64,000 nucleotides of DNA, from positions 99,138,001 through 99,202,000 of the forward strand of contig NC_043002.1 of NCBI RefSeq assembly GCF_006345805.1, given 5' to 3'. Under the pieces are notes generated by a model. The model was not told the origin of the DNA, did not search any database, and saw nothing but the letters and a program-made list of their open reading frames with translations. Below, in pieces: positions 26,126-40,235 of this stretch. Positions within the stretch are counted from its first letter, which is position 1, and every line of letters begins with the position of its first letter. The position numbers and the translations under genes were made by a program. Source of the DNA: Octopus sinensis. Taxonomy: Eukaryota.

Positions 26126-28049
26126 CAGATGCAATATTGGAAAGAAAGTAATCTAAGACAATTTACTTCTTTGTGTGACTTGGGTACATGCGTTAGCTTT
26201 CAAGAAGTTCCATGTCTGCCTGTCACTCACACCATCTTAGCATGGTATTGGACCGAGGTTTCTGCAATCAGGAGGTAAAGACATTGAAGTGAGCTAGTTG
26301 TTGGATTGTGTTTTTGAGATTTGTAGAAGTCTTCAATCGTCTAAGTATACCGATGCTTGTCACTTTATCTGCATAATACGCCCTCTGTAAGTGTTCTTCT
26401 AAGAAACCACATTTCCGGAGTGTTGATAAAATCTTTACTTGTTTATTGGCCATCCAGATACACAACTATACGTAGAGAAAAACTACGTATTTCTGGGTGA
26501 TGAAAAGTCAACTCGAGATTTCAGAAGTTTTTGAGAGAATATGGAGTTACACCTTAGTGATTACTAATCCATTTCTCTCTCAGGATTGTTCCGGCCTAGA
26601 GTCGTAGTACCTATTGAATTATTCCCGGGTCAGAAAATAAAATAAAATCCTACACCATACGTCCATAATTGTGTGGCTATACAGTTTTTGGACAAAGGCT
26701 GGCTCTTGATAATTTGATATTGAAGTCCACATGTTTGTAGACATGTACTGATGCCAATTGAACCAAACACAAGTTGCTCCTGTGCCTCGTGAGCAAGCTC
26801 AAGAAAGCAGGAGTTTTGTATTGCAATCTGTAAATAAGCTGACATGACGGTAATGAGAAACCACGATTATATCTTTCTCCGAAAAGTTACCAGTCTGCAA
26901 ACTTTATGTAATGCCCCCGACGTAAATTGAAACACGAAGAACATGTTTATTTCCGTGTTGAATGAAATTAGAATATTTAATATTTTGGGTTTTTATAACT
27001 TGAAGAGAAAAGTACATTTAATATCACGAAGTCAGTGTTATTAAATAACACAATAAAACTACTTCAAGAAACATGAATTCAGGTCATTAATAAAATGATT
27101 CAAAAAATTTTCTTTAATTTTTGAAAAACTATTGCTTTATTCATAGGACGACAATTAACGCCATATTTGAAATTTCTATTTTGATAAAGGAATGCAGCCG
27201 GAAGTGTTTTTGGAAAACTTTTGTAAATAACAAAATGTAGTCAAAGTTAGAATCACTACTTCCAACAGTTTAATATTCTTGATGGATTTAATTTCCGTTT
27301 CTTTTTTTCAGACACTACATGAAGTTGTAAATTATTCGTCAATAGTGTCCAGTTTGGTATTGTGTCTTAGCAATGAAGCTCACGTACTTCTTTAGCACAT
27401 GGAGTGCTTTCAAAATAAATTAGTTCATTTGTCACATTTTGATATTTCTCATTCTTTGTTTTTCTGTCAACTGCATTTGGTAAATATGTAAAAGGTTCAA
27501 ACTTATGCGTTTCCGTTATACCATATTGTCTACACCAAATATGATTTTCCTTCTACTCAAAGAGAAACTTTATTGGTATCCAGGGAGAAAGTATTAGTTT
27601 TATAGCTTGAACTAATGTTATGTAAATGGAAATTACAAATTAAAAGTTTTAAGTGTATATACAAACTTTGAATACGCAAAACCTTAAGTGTCTAAATAGG
27701 CTTATGTTTAAGTGTTTCTATTTATCAGTCATAATGATAAGCAGAAAATATCTTAATGTGCTGGGTGTGACATAGATATTTACTCATTATTCACACATAA
27801 TTGAAACAATCGCAAAACCAGTTGCAGATTTTATGCGACGTATAATGCTTCCTCATATTCTTGGTTTTATTGTTGATCCTTAATTAAATATGGCTGCTAT
27901 GTGAAACAATTTCAGAATTGATAATGACTGATATAAAGAATCGAGAGGTGATAAAACAGCAGAGAAAAGATTAAGGGCTACGGTGAACGCAAATGGTAAC
28001 GTAACCATGTTGAATTGTGAATATATGTAAACTATCATTCTTCTATTAT

Positions 28050-28230
28050 TTTATTTGTTTCAGTCATTTCACTATGGCCATGCTGGAGCACCGTTTGTAA
28101 TCGAAAAAATTGACCCCAGGACTTATTGTTTGTAAACATAGTACTTGTTCTATCGGTCTCTTTCGGAACTGCTAAGTTACATAGACGTAAACACACCAGC
28201 ATCGGTTTTCAAGCTTCTTACCACACAGCC
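28050..28230 (-). mobile_element. SINE family A, internally deleted
   Basis: ttgtttcagtcatt..catgctggagcaccg..ctatcggtctctt. Confidence 0.7.
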
Positions 28231-28347
28231 TGTAAAATTTCATTAACCAAAACCTAAAAATTTCATTCATGAACACAAAACCAGGAATAAATATATAAGC
28301 CGTAACCGGTACACTTAATTACACAAACCTCTGATTTATGGCCGTGA

Positions 28348-28447
28348 NNNNNNNNNNNNNNNNNNNNNNNNNNNNNNNNNNNNNNNNNNNNNNNNNNNNN
28401 NNNNNNNNNNNNNNNNNNNNNNNNNNNNNNNNNNNNNNNNNNNNNNN
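28348..28447. other. Assembly gap (100 N)
   Basis: Run of N. Confidence 1.
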
Positions 28448-29101
28448 AGAGAAACAAAAAACAGAAAACAGGACAGGTAACATAAAGACTGACCCTTCGT
28501 CAGTTGTCGGCTGTGTAGCTACTTCTCGTTTCGAGCAATGACCGACAATATGAGTCTTCGAAGACAGTACCAAAATATAATTTGGGATTTATGGAGGGTC
28601 AAAGTTGGGTACACAAATAGAACGCTAGAGACATGCAAGGAAACCAAACGAAAACAAGCACGGAGGATCGTTAGAGCAGAACGAGGTTAAAATAGCGAAC
28701 GCTGGAAAAATATTTTCTTTGACAAGAGAAAAGATACAGAGAGAGGGGATACGTCCAGTCATAAGGACAGTCCTGAAAGAAAAGATGATCTCGTGAACAA
28801 AAGAAAGATGGACGAAGGTTATATATATATATATATTAAATATAAAGATAAAATCTATATGAGAATTTATCAAGTAGTTAGCGTGAAAAAAGAGTTAAGG
28901 GATAAATTTATACAAAATATATAATTACTCTCTTTAAATACATTTATTATATTAAGGGCATTTGTACACGAAATGCCTCAGGCTATAAGGGACTGTTAAA
29001 GTCAAAACTACATTAATAAATATATGGTGTACCAACAGCGAGGGAATGCAACTGGGAACACGCACACGCACGCACACACACGCACACACACACACACACA
29101 C

Positions 29102-29140
<39 letters not shown>

Positions 29141-29782
29141 ACCGGAATACACACACAATGTGTATTCTCGACATCTAGGCTCCAAGTTTCATGTCATAAC
29201 ATAATTGCATTCACGTTCTGTTTGTCTTTTCTTTATTTATATCGTAATATCAACTCATATCTTGCGAGACATTTTACAGATAGAAACTACATAGATGACC
29301 GTCATATGCATTGTACATGTAATTGAAATTGCTCTGCCGCATACCTTATCACATTGATTTGACATGAGATTTACGCATTAAGGATATATATATCTGAGAA
29401 ATGGTCAATCTTTAGCGCATTAAAACTGAAGTGGGTAACTCACTTAAGGGAACAACTAAATCCTCGTTACGAAACCGATCAAGAACCATAACAATATGTG
29501 TGCGCATGCTTGTGTGTGCATGTGTGTGTGATTGTGTGTGAATATCTACATGCATACATATATCCATCGTAAATATGAGTGCTTGTGTGTGTGTGTCAGT
29601 GAGTGCATGTGTGAGTGTATGTGAGTGTATGTGTGTGTGTGTGTATGTGAGTGTATGCGTGTGTTTGTGCGTGCAGTGTCGTTTTTTCTTCTGATTACCA
29701 CTCCTTGTTTAATCCACATAGGTATGTCTTTTCTCTACCAAGAAACAAAAATCACATGTATGCATACACGCACGTCTGTCTG

Positions 29783-29849
<67 letters not shown>

Positions 29850-30438
29850 CTCTCTCTCTCTCTCTCTCTTCTATATATATATATATATATATATCTGTAT
29901 ATATGGTTGTATATTAATTAAATACCCCCCACACACGCACATAATACCTTTAGCTCATTAAAGAGACATTCGGTTCAGTTAACAAGACATCTGCAATTCC
30001 ATTAACGGAAATATTTATAGTTGAATTTTCATTCGCTCTTATTACCCATAATTCTTTTTGATCACCAGGAGTATAATAATTTTTATCTTTCATACTTTTT
30101 ATTTTCTTTCATCAAATTACGCACTGAAGTAAATATTGTTCGAATGTTTGACGTAATCGTTGTAAACATACGTAGACCTAAATGTCTATTATATATATAA
30201 ATAATATTTTAGTTGTATCAATCAGTGGATTGAGGTGATGGTGGGACATTGATTAGAAGGTTTTTAGACGAAAGAATAGATCTCAGTAATTATCTTTTTG
30301 AAAGCCTGGTTCTTATTCTATCGGTCTCTTTTCCCGAACCAGTAGGTGTGGAGTGCAAAAAGCAAAAAGACAGATTTATAGTTAAAATCTATCTACTTAT
30401 CTATCCATCCATCCATCCATCCATCCATTCATCCATCC

Positions 30439-30530
<92 letters not shown>

Positions 30531-30880
30531 CTTTTTCCTTGCCTCTCTTTCTTTATACACAAACACACTCAGACACACATATGTATCTATATATATATAT
30601 CTGACGGGCTTCTTCCAGGTTCCGTTGATCAAATCCTCTCACAAGACGTTGGTCAACCCGGGTATACAGGACAAGACATTTGAACAAGAAGCTACGCAAG
30701 CAGACTGAACCATTCAATGTAATTGAACAGTAGCAATTTTCTTACCAAAGGCCTCTGCTGCACTTATATATATATATATACATATTTAGAGTTTTTAACT
30801 CTTATCTCTAACAACTTCTTCGGCACGCTCAGTCACATTAAGTAACAATTAAATTTTTCCTTCATGATATTATATTGCGC

Positions 30881-30924
<44 letters not shown>

Positions 30925-30930
<6 letters not shown>

Positions 30931-31325
30931 ATAATAAAGGGCAAAATCAATTGATTATTAATTAATTTCACCAAGTGGTGTTCAGTATGTAAAAGGACCA
31001 TTCAAGGTATATTCAAAATATAGGGCTCAGTAAAATAATTTACTTTACCACATACTGAATTTTTAGAAATAGCAGCCAAAAAGTTTTTTTAGCCATTTCT
31101 ACTACTTTAAGAAAAGTCTCCCAGATAGTGTTTACTCAAAAATAATTCACGTAGATGTGGAGGGAAAGCAGCAAGATATCACATGTACAAAGATTATTTG
31201 AGACGCTCAGGTTTCTAGATTAGTCGAATTAAAACTCGACATTTCTTTCGTCAGCTCAACATTTCTTAATTTGGATTTCTAAAAATGTCAGTATGTGGTA
31301 AAGTAAATTATTTTACTGAACCCTA
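30925..31325 (-). mobile_element. Diverged relative of the 37.4-38.7 kb HHR repeat, with an internal inversion and a decayed HHR (about 31196-31259)
   Basis: Homologous blocks (ttcagtatg..gtaa..tattttact; ttgaatggtcc..catactgaacac); ttgag-CTGACGA-aaga..tcta-GAAA-c..ctcaa; inverted repeat 31028-31070 vs 31275-31318. Confidence 0.7.
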
Positions 31326-31945
31326 ATTATATAACGTAATATATATATATATATATATATAATATATGTGTGTGTATGTGGGATGGGGTGGGGTGATTGT
31401 GGGGGTGGGCGTGAATACATATATATATATTTATATATATATATATATATGTATAAATGTATGTATGTGTAGGTGTGTGTGTATGTAGTGTGCGTATGTA
31501 AGTATGCATGGGTATATCTGTGCATTTATGCGTGTGAAGGTGATTATTTTACGGAACCGTAAAGAATCTGCCATACAGTAATCACTTCGTCTACGCACTC
31601 TGAGTTTCAATCGCTCACAGATCGATTTTGACTTTTATTCTTTCATTCTTTTATTCTTATGGAATCGATAAACAAGTACCATATTGTACTAGAATATGTT
31701 CTTCTCTCTCTCTCTCTCTCTCTCTCCTCTCTCTCCCTCATTAGCTTTCACTCTCCTTCTCCCACTCTCTCTCTCTCTCACTCATTCTTTCCCTCACACT
31801 TTATCTCTTTGTCTTTCTTTCGGAGAAATAATCCGCTGTAGTCACATCCAGAATGTGATGTTCCATCAAATTTGAAAATGGCCATTACACATTATTTATA
31901 GCAAAAGAGTATCTTACTACTCTATCAAGCGGTTGAGGTACCTAA

Positions 31946-32005
<60 letters not shown>

Positions 32006-32287
32006 CATACAAAAAAACGAATAAAAATACATACATGTATACTACGTTAGTCTTTCTCAAACAATGTGATAAATTGTGCGTATGTTGCTTTTAGAGTTAA
32101 ATGTGGTTTATAGCAGTGCAAAAGAGTATTATCAAATAAATTATGAGACATCAGAAACAGAAACAAAAATACCAGTATATGATAACAGACAGTATGGATT
32201 TTGCATTTGGTTTTAATGCTATGTTTACTTATGAAGTGAATGATATAGACAAGGCTGTTAGGTAGACAGATAGATTGTAAGGTGGAC

Positions 32288-33753
<1,466 letters not shown>

Positions 33754-33783
33754 TAGATAGATAGATTGAAAGATAGATAGATA

Positions 33784-33847
<64 letters not shown>

Positions 33848-34217
33848 CGAGTGTATGAGCGAGGAGAAAAGGTTTTGCAGAGAATATTTAGTTAAAACAA
33901 TCCAACAAATATCTCTCAACTGCGTCTTGTTGCTCGATAAATTGCTACAGTTCAATGGTTTCGTGAGCAATTTTTTTTATTTATATATTTATCATCAGGT
34001 TGTTTTATTTGTGTGTTTGTTACCACACCGTTATCAATAGCCAGAGACTGTCAGTATATATATATTTTCAAACATCGAACTCTTTCCGGCCATTCAGGCT
34101 GGGATTCATTACCTTTTATTCAGTAAGATTTTCAATGCTCTATGTGTTGCACATCTTGGTTTCTTTTGGGACACGATATTGAGTGATATGGATTTATAGA
34201 AACGCGCCGAAATCCTA

Positions 34218-34776
34218 TTATGAAGTTTTCTTATGTAGAGCTTTGTCTGTTATCAATGTCAGTTTCCAAACATACCGACCAAGCAGTTTCTTAGAGGGTT
34301 CGTTTCTTTTATGTCTGTAGGGGTATGAGAGTGTTGTTGCTTTGTTGCTGTTGCTTGGCATGTAGATTATAAGAATAGGACTTCGCCTTGTGAGAGCTAA
34401 GCCGAGAGATTAGAAAGAAAGTATTTGAATGAATGTATCGTACAGAACATCAAAACATTATGATATTTGTATTCATATATTAAAGCTGTGCTTTTCAAGC
34501 TGATAATCATCAGGCTCCACTCACCAAAATTTTGCTCAACCTCTTGTTTAATTATAAGACAAAACAACGTCTGTATGCGTATAATTCTGTTTTTCTCACT
34601 ATGAAATTTTACACCATTAACAGTTAAAAACCTTCTCAATTTCATTAAACACTGCTGTTTGTCAGTGATCTTTTTCAATACTTGCAGCCCACCACATGTC
34701 AATAGATCCAGGCCACTACTGGAAGAAACGGGTGTCAATGCTATTGTATACTCACTGTTCTGTCCTGTAGATTCTT
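34218..34776 (-). CDS. Putative two terminal exons (34525-34776 and 34218-34396) of an unknown, possibly extracellular, protein
   Basis: Acceptor tttctccAG, 252-nt open phase-1/1 exon, donor GTGAGT at 34519-34524, 128-nt intron, acceptor AG at 34397-34398, open frame to TAA at 34218, AATAAA at 34115-34120; no recognisable homology. Confidence 0.3.
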
Positions 34777-36452
34777 CTGGAGAAAGCTAGTATTTGAATA
34801 GTAGAGGTGTAATTGATATTTTTCTGCTAATCAACCACACAGTTAACCACTAGTATAAGCCTTTGATTTCAATCTAAAAAATATCAAATATCTTAAAGCT
34901 TGTATTTGAGAAATCTATGATACACAATGACTACTTAATTCGCCACCTGGTAGATATACATGGAAGGGAATTTATTTGACATCTGAGAAAATATTAGTAG
35001 TATGGTAATAATGACTTATTTGACGTCTGATAATGTGTTATTAGAATGATAATTGGGACATGTCAGTCCATTTCAGTCCATTTCATCGTAAGTCCAAGTT
35101 AAATTAAATAACATTGATTAAATTTGTCTACCGTAACTTGCTTTGTTGATTATAGATTCAACACTCCGCAATCAATATTTTTTAGATTTTTATTTGTAAA
35201 ATTAAGTGTTAACGTGTGAAGCGCTCGTCTTGTGAGTGTCTTAATACTAGTATAACACTGTTTACTTACATAATCACATTATGTCATATTGATAAACTTT
35301 GTTGTTATTGATATTATTTCTGCTACTGTTAGCTGTTAAAAAGATTACCTATAATCAAATGCGTTCCATATGCCGCCATTACGTTTTGCGTTTATTACAT
35401 TATTAAGAGTGACTTTATAGAAATGAATAGTAATCGACGTGAGGGATATTTGGTTGCTATTTCTTAAAGGTAAGCAGCCATGTAGAAGCTCTAATGTTAC
35501 CACATAGTCAACGAAAAGTTATAATGTGATTATTGATGTTCACATCAATATATGTAAGATAAGAATGGACACGACTTCATTCACTGATCGAATGAGTGAA
35601 ATGTTGTAATCTTGGCTTTCTATAAACTCATCAATTGCTTAACAGCATTCCATCTATCAAATGTATCTAGAAATAGTGATTTGTTACTGAAGTCCACAAA
35701 TACGTTGTGCAGGGGGGAAGTCGAGAATATTCTATTGCTCTTTCCATTTTGTGTCAGGTTTTACAATACACTCCTTCTCGCTTTCTTTCAATACTTTCCT
35801 ATCAATACCTATAGTTCACACGTAATTTCACAACCCCCACTCACTGGTTTCTCTCCTTTTCCCGGCAAATAACCGCCACCTCCCTAAGGGTTTTTTTGGG
35901 GATGCTTGTGAGTGTCTGAAATTTCTGCAACCTGGAGTTCTTTCGTTTTTAGGATCAGAAGATTAGTCCAAAGTCCAACCTTGAAATCCTCTAGGTGTGT
36001 TGGTCTTCTGTCGGGCTTGGTTTTCTTTGGACGTTCAGGCGATTTCCTCTCACTTACGAGCTCCATCTGACCAGGATTGGAACACAGACTTTCCATCCAG
36101 TAGAAACATTTATGATACCCCATACCAACCAGCTTAGTTGGTGACTTTTTAAAAAGGGTTGAGAGAATTAGTGGTGTGATATTGCCTCGGTCATTTGCGC
36201 CCATTTTGCGTTAATTGCAACCAAGATTCTATCTATCCTACGCTGTGTCCCAACGGAACATCCATATTGATGTGGTGTGGGAGTATGACTACAGAGTGCA
36301 CCCTTCCTTAAGAAAGCACTGAATAGCTTAGCATTGCGACTGTTTTATAGCAATGAATGATTGATAAATGTTTAATCGTTGATCTCAGGCATGAAAGAGT
36401 GAGGAGATGAGAGTGGTTTAAACATATATATATATGTGTGTGTGCATCTAAA

Positions 36453-37204
36453 CCTTTCTTTTACTTGTTTCAGTCATTTGACTGCGGTCATGATGGAGCA
36501 CTGCCTTTAGTCGAACAAATCGACCCCAGGATTTATTCTCTGGAAGCCTAGTGCTTATTCACGCAGTCTATTTTGCAGAACCGCTAAGATACGGGGACGT
36601 AAACACACCAAGATCAGTTCTAAAGCGATGGTGGGGGAACAAACACAGACACACAGAAACACACATACACACTCATATATATATCGGAGAACCCCTTCGG
36701 TCACGACACAGACCATGGGATTGCACCTAGAAAGTTACCCTCCTAGACACAAGTCCGGGTGAGGTTGTTTATGGAAGACCAGCAGTCGCCCATGCATACC
36801 AGCCTCCCCTCTCCACGCCACCAGTGTTATCCAAGGGAAAGACAAAGGTCGATACAGCTTGGCACCAGTGACGTCGCAACTCATTTCTACAGCTGAGTGA
36901 ACTGGAGCAACGAAAAAAATAAAGTGCCTTGCTCAAGAGCACAACACGCAGTCCGGTCCGGGATTCGAGCTCACAACCTCACGATCGTAAGCTCGACGCT
37001 CTAACCACTGAGCCATGCGCCTTCACCCTATATATATATATATACGACGGGCTTCTTTCAATTTCTGTCTACCAAATCCACTCACAAGGTTTTGGTTGGT
37101 TTGAGGCTATAGTAGAAGACACTTGCTCAAGAAGCCACGCAGTGGGACTGAATCCGAAGCCATGTGGTTGGGAAGCAAGCTTCTTACTACACAGTTACTC
37201 CTCT
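36453..37204 (-). mobile_element. SINE family A interrupted by SINE family D
   Basis: Tail at 36453-36670 and head at 37044-37204 flank the insert within the internal (TA)n. Confidence 0.85.
36686..37027 (-). mobile_element. tRNA-derived SINE family D
   Basis: Head ggcgcatggctcagtggttagagcgtcgagcttacgatcgtgaggttgtgagctcgaatcccgg with A and B boxes. Confidence 0.85.
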
Positions 37205-37339
37205 ATATGTATATATGTAGCTATGTATGTGGTATTATGCTGCGCATATATAATATATATATATTATATATATATATATATATAAATAAATATATATAAT
37301 ATATAGATAGATTAAAATAACACACCCACACACCCACAC

Positions 37340-37373
<34 letters not shown>

Positions 37374-37868
37374 AAGGAAAACTTTAGGAACATTTCATGA
37401 TAGAGCTACAATATTTTATAATAAACTTTTGTGAGTTGAATTAAGCAAAAACTATATATGAGAGAGATTTTCTTTAAGTATTAGAAATAGCTTTAAAAAG
37501 TTTTTTAGCTGCTATTTCTAATGAGTTCAGTATGCGGCAAAGTAATTTATTTTACTAAGCCCTTTTATAATGTAATAATTTGAATTCGCCTTGAATGGTC
37601 CCTTTGCATACTGAACACTTTGTGAAATTGATTAATAATTAATTAATTTTGCCCTCAATTGTTGAAATTATAATTACCCTCTGATTAATGCTTCGGATTT
37701 TACCGAAATAAGCATAGTGTTTGATGATTTTAACCCCCGCTGGTGGAAAGGGGAGAACAGAGATTCTTCGCTTGCTTATTTGAATTTGTTGGCACTGTTA
37801 GTTACGAGCAGATCTTCGAAAGGTATGTTCTTATTTTCAGTGTTTCCAAATCCAAACCAAGGAATTTC

Positions 37869-37920
37869 TGAGCTGATGATAGAAGTGTTGTTTTGACTAA
37901 TCTTGAAACGTACGTTCTCA
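37869..37920 (+). ncRNA. Minimal type I hammerhead ribozyme
   Basis: tgag-CTGATGA-t aga..tct t-GAAA-cgtacg-TT-ctca; palindromic helix III ACGTACGT. Confidence 0.75.
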
Positions 37921-38408
37921 AATAACCTTAGCATTTGATTTTTCGATGTCCTTACCCCCAAACTTGTGAGTTGAATTAAGCAAACACTATATATGAGAGA
38001 GATTTTCTTTAAGTATGAAATAGCTTTAAAAAGTTTTTTAGCTGCTATTTCTAATGATTCAGTATGCGGCAAAGTAATTTATTTTACTAAGCCCTTTTTA
38101 TATAATGTAATAATTTGAATTCGCCTTGAATGGTCCCTTTGCATACTGAACACTTGGTGAAATTGATTAATAATTAATTAATTTTGCCCTCAATTGTTGA
38201 AATTATAATTAATCTCCCTCTGATTAATGCTTCGGATTTTACCGAAATAAGCATAGTGTTTGATGATTTTAACCCACGCTGGTGGAAAGGGGAGAACAGA
38301 GATTCTTCGCTTGCTTATTTGAATTTGTTGGCACTGTTAGTTACGAGCAGATCTTCGAAAGGGTATGTTCTTATTTTCAGTGTTTCCCAATCCAAACCAA
38401 GGAATTTC

Positions 38409-38460
38409 TGAGCTGATGATAGAAGTGTTGTTTTGACTAATCTTGAAACGTACGTTCTCA
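38409..38460 (+). ncRNA. Minimal type I hammerhead ribozyme (tandem copy)
   Basis: Identical to 37869-37920. Confidence 0.75.
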
Positions 38461-38743
38461 AATAACCTTAGCATTTGATTTTTCGATGTCCTTACCCCCA
38501 ACTTTTTTGTGAGTCGAATTAAGCAAACACTATATATGAGAGAGATTTTCTTTAAGTATTAGAAATAGCTTTAAAAAAGTTTTTTAGCTGCTATTTCTAA
38601 TGAGTTCAGTATGCGGCAAAGTAATTTATTTTACTAGCCCTTTTATATAATGTAATAATTTGAATTCGCCTTGAATGGTCCCTTTGCATACTGACACTTG
38701 GTGAAATTGATTAATAATTAACTAATTTTGCCCTCAATTGTTG

Positions 38744-38821
<78 letters not shown>

Positions 38822-39670
38822 TGTGTGTGCGTGTGTGTGCATGTGTGTGCGAGTGTGTGTACATGTGTGTGCGTGTGTGTGTGTATAATCACACACATAG
38901 AAAGAAAGAGAGAATAATATAAATATATATATATATGAGACACTCATACTTACATATACATATCGAACACGCAGCAATTCTAACAAACATAAAAATATGA
39001 AAATTGTAAAAATTATTCCTCTCAGTAAATTAATATTTTCATACTCAGACATGTCCATGACACAGAAATATGTCAATGTTTGTGATATTGATTTAAAGGT
39101 AGATAAAAGATTCGAGTAAACTTTACATAAATCAGTGCAGGTAAAGTTTGTCATTGCATTAAAGCATAAAATCACATAATTTAAGTTGAGTGACATTCAC
39201 AGAAATCATTTTGTAAGAAGGATTTCTAAAATCCAGTTTGACAGGTCTGCTTAACTCATTCTAAGTGGGTTTAGCAAAATGAAAATAGTTCATAATCTTT
39301 GTTTTACTTCTTGAAAACTTTTAATCATCGTCTCTTTCCGGATTCAAAAATACCTATCTCTGAATATCTACCCTTTCTCTACTATTCCATCATCCATTTC
39401 CGCTGTTTTGTTTCCCTCATTCTCCAGCCATTCTCTGCTTTTTTATAACCCGTAAGAACTTGATGCTTGACGTTTCCAATAAATGCGATAGATTCATTGA
39501 AAGAAAAAAAAAATTAAGCATACCGCTATATTAACAGATGAAGTATACGGAGTCCATGCAGTGTTGCTATTATCTCAAAGAACAAACTAAAGAGGAGTCG
39601 AGCTATTATATACTATTGACTTAGTGCCCAAGCATTTAACACAAAACAGAATAAATAATAAAAAAAAAAT

Positions 39671-40080
39671 AGGCACTGGAGTGGCTGTGTGGTAAGTAAC
39701 TTGCTTACCAACCACATGGTTCCGGGTTCAATCCCACTGCGTGGCATCTTGGGCAACTGTCATCTGCTATAGCCCCGGGCCGACCAATGCCTTGTGAGTG
39801 GATTTGGTCGATGAAAACTGAAAGAAGCCTGTCGTATATATGTATATATATATATATATGTATGTGTGTGTATATGTTTGTGTGTCTGTTTGTCCCCTTA
39901 GCATTGCTTGACAACCGATGCTGGTGTGTTTACGTCCCTGTCACTTAGCGGTTAGGCAAAAGAGACCGATAGAATAAGTACTGGGATTACAAAAAGAATA
40001 AGTCTCGGGGTCGAGTTGCTCGACTAAAGGCGGTGCTCCAGCATGGCCGCAGTCAAATGACTGAAACAAGTAAAAGAGTA
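39671..40080 (+). mobile_element. tRNA-derived SINE family A, full length
   Basis: Head with gggttcaatccc B box; conserved tail. Confidence 0.92.
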
Positions 40081-40235
40081 AAAAAGGAAGGATTCATTGA
40101 ACAAGGTATTTGAATACACACACACATAATTGAAAAACAAGAGGACAGTGGAAATTTATTCACATCCAAAACTTTTTTATTAAAAAGATTTCTATATAGG
40201 CGCAGGAGTGACTGTGTGGTAAGTAGCTTGCTTAC

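Larger units (their letters stand above)
37423..38750 (+). mobile_element. Tandem array of about 2.5 x 540-bp non-coding units, one hammerhead per full unit (retrozyme/Penelope-pLTR-like)
   Basis: 540-bp period (lines 37861 and 38401 are identical); flanked by (TA)n. Confidence 0.85.

Noticed and set aside
28448-28510. Complete hammerhead on the minus strand (CTGACGA at 28497-28503)
   Set aside because: The 3' half would fall in the N gap; counted only as a partial motif
35884-36204. 106-aa ORF as a host gene or RTE relic
   Set aside because: Only a faint RPKKT-like motif; not enough to call
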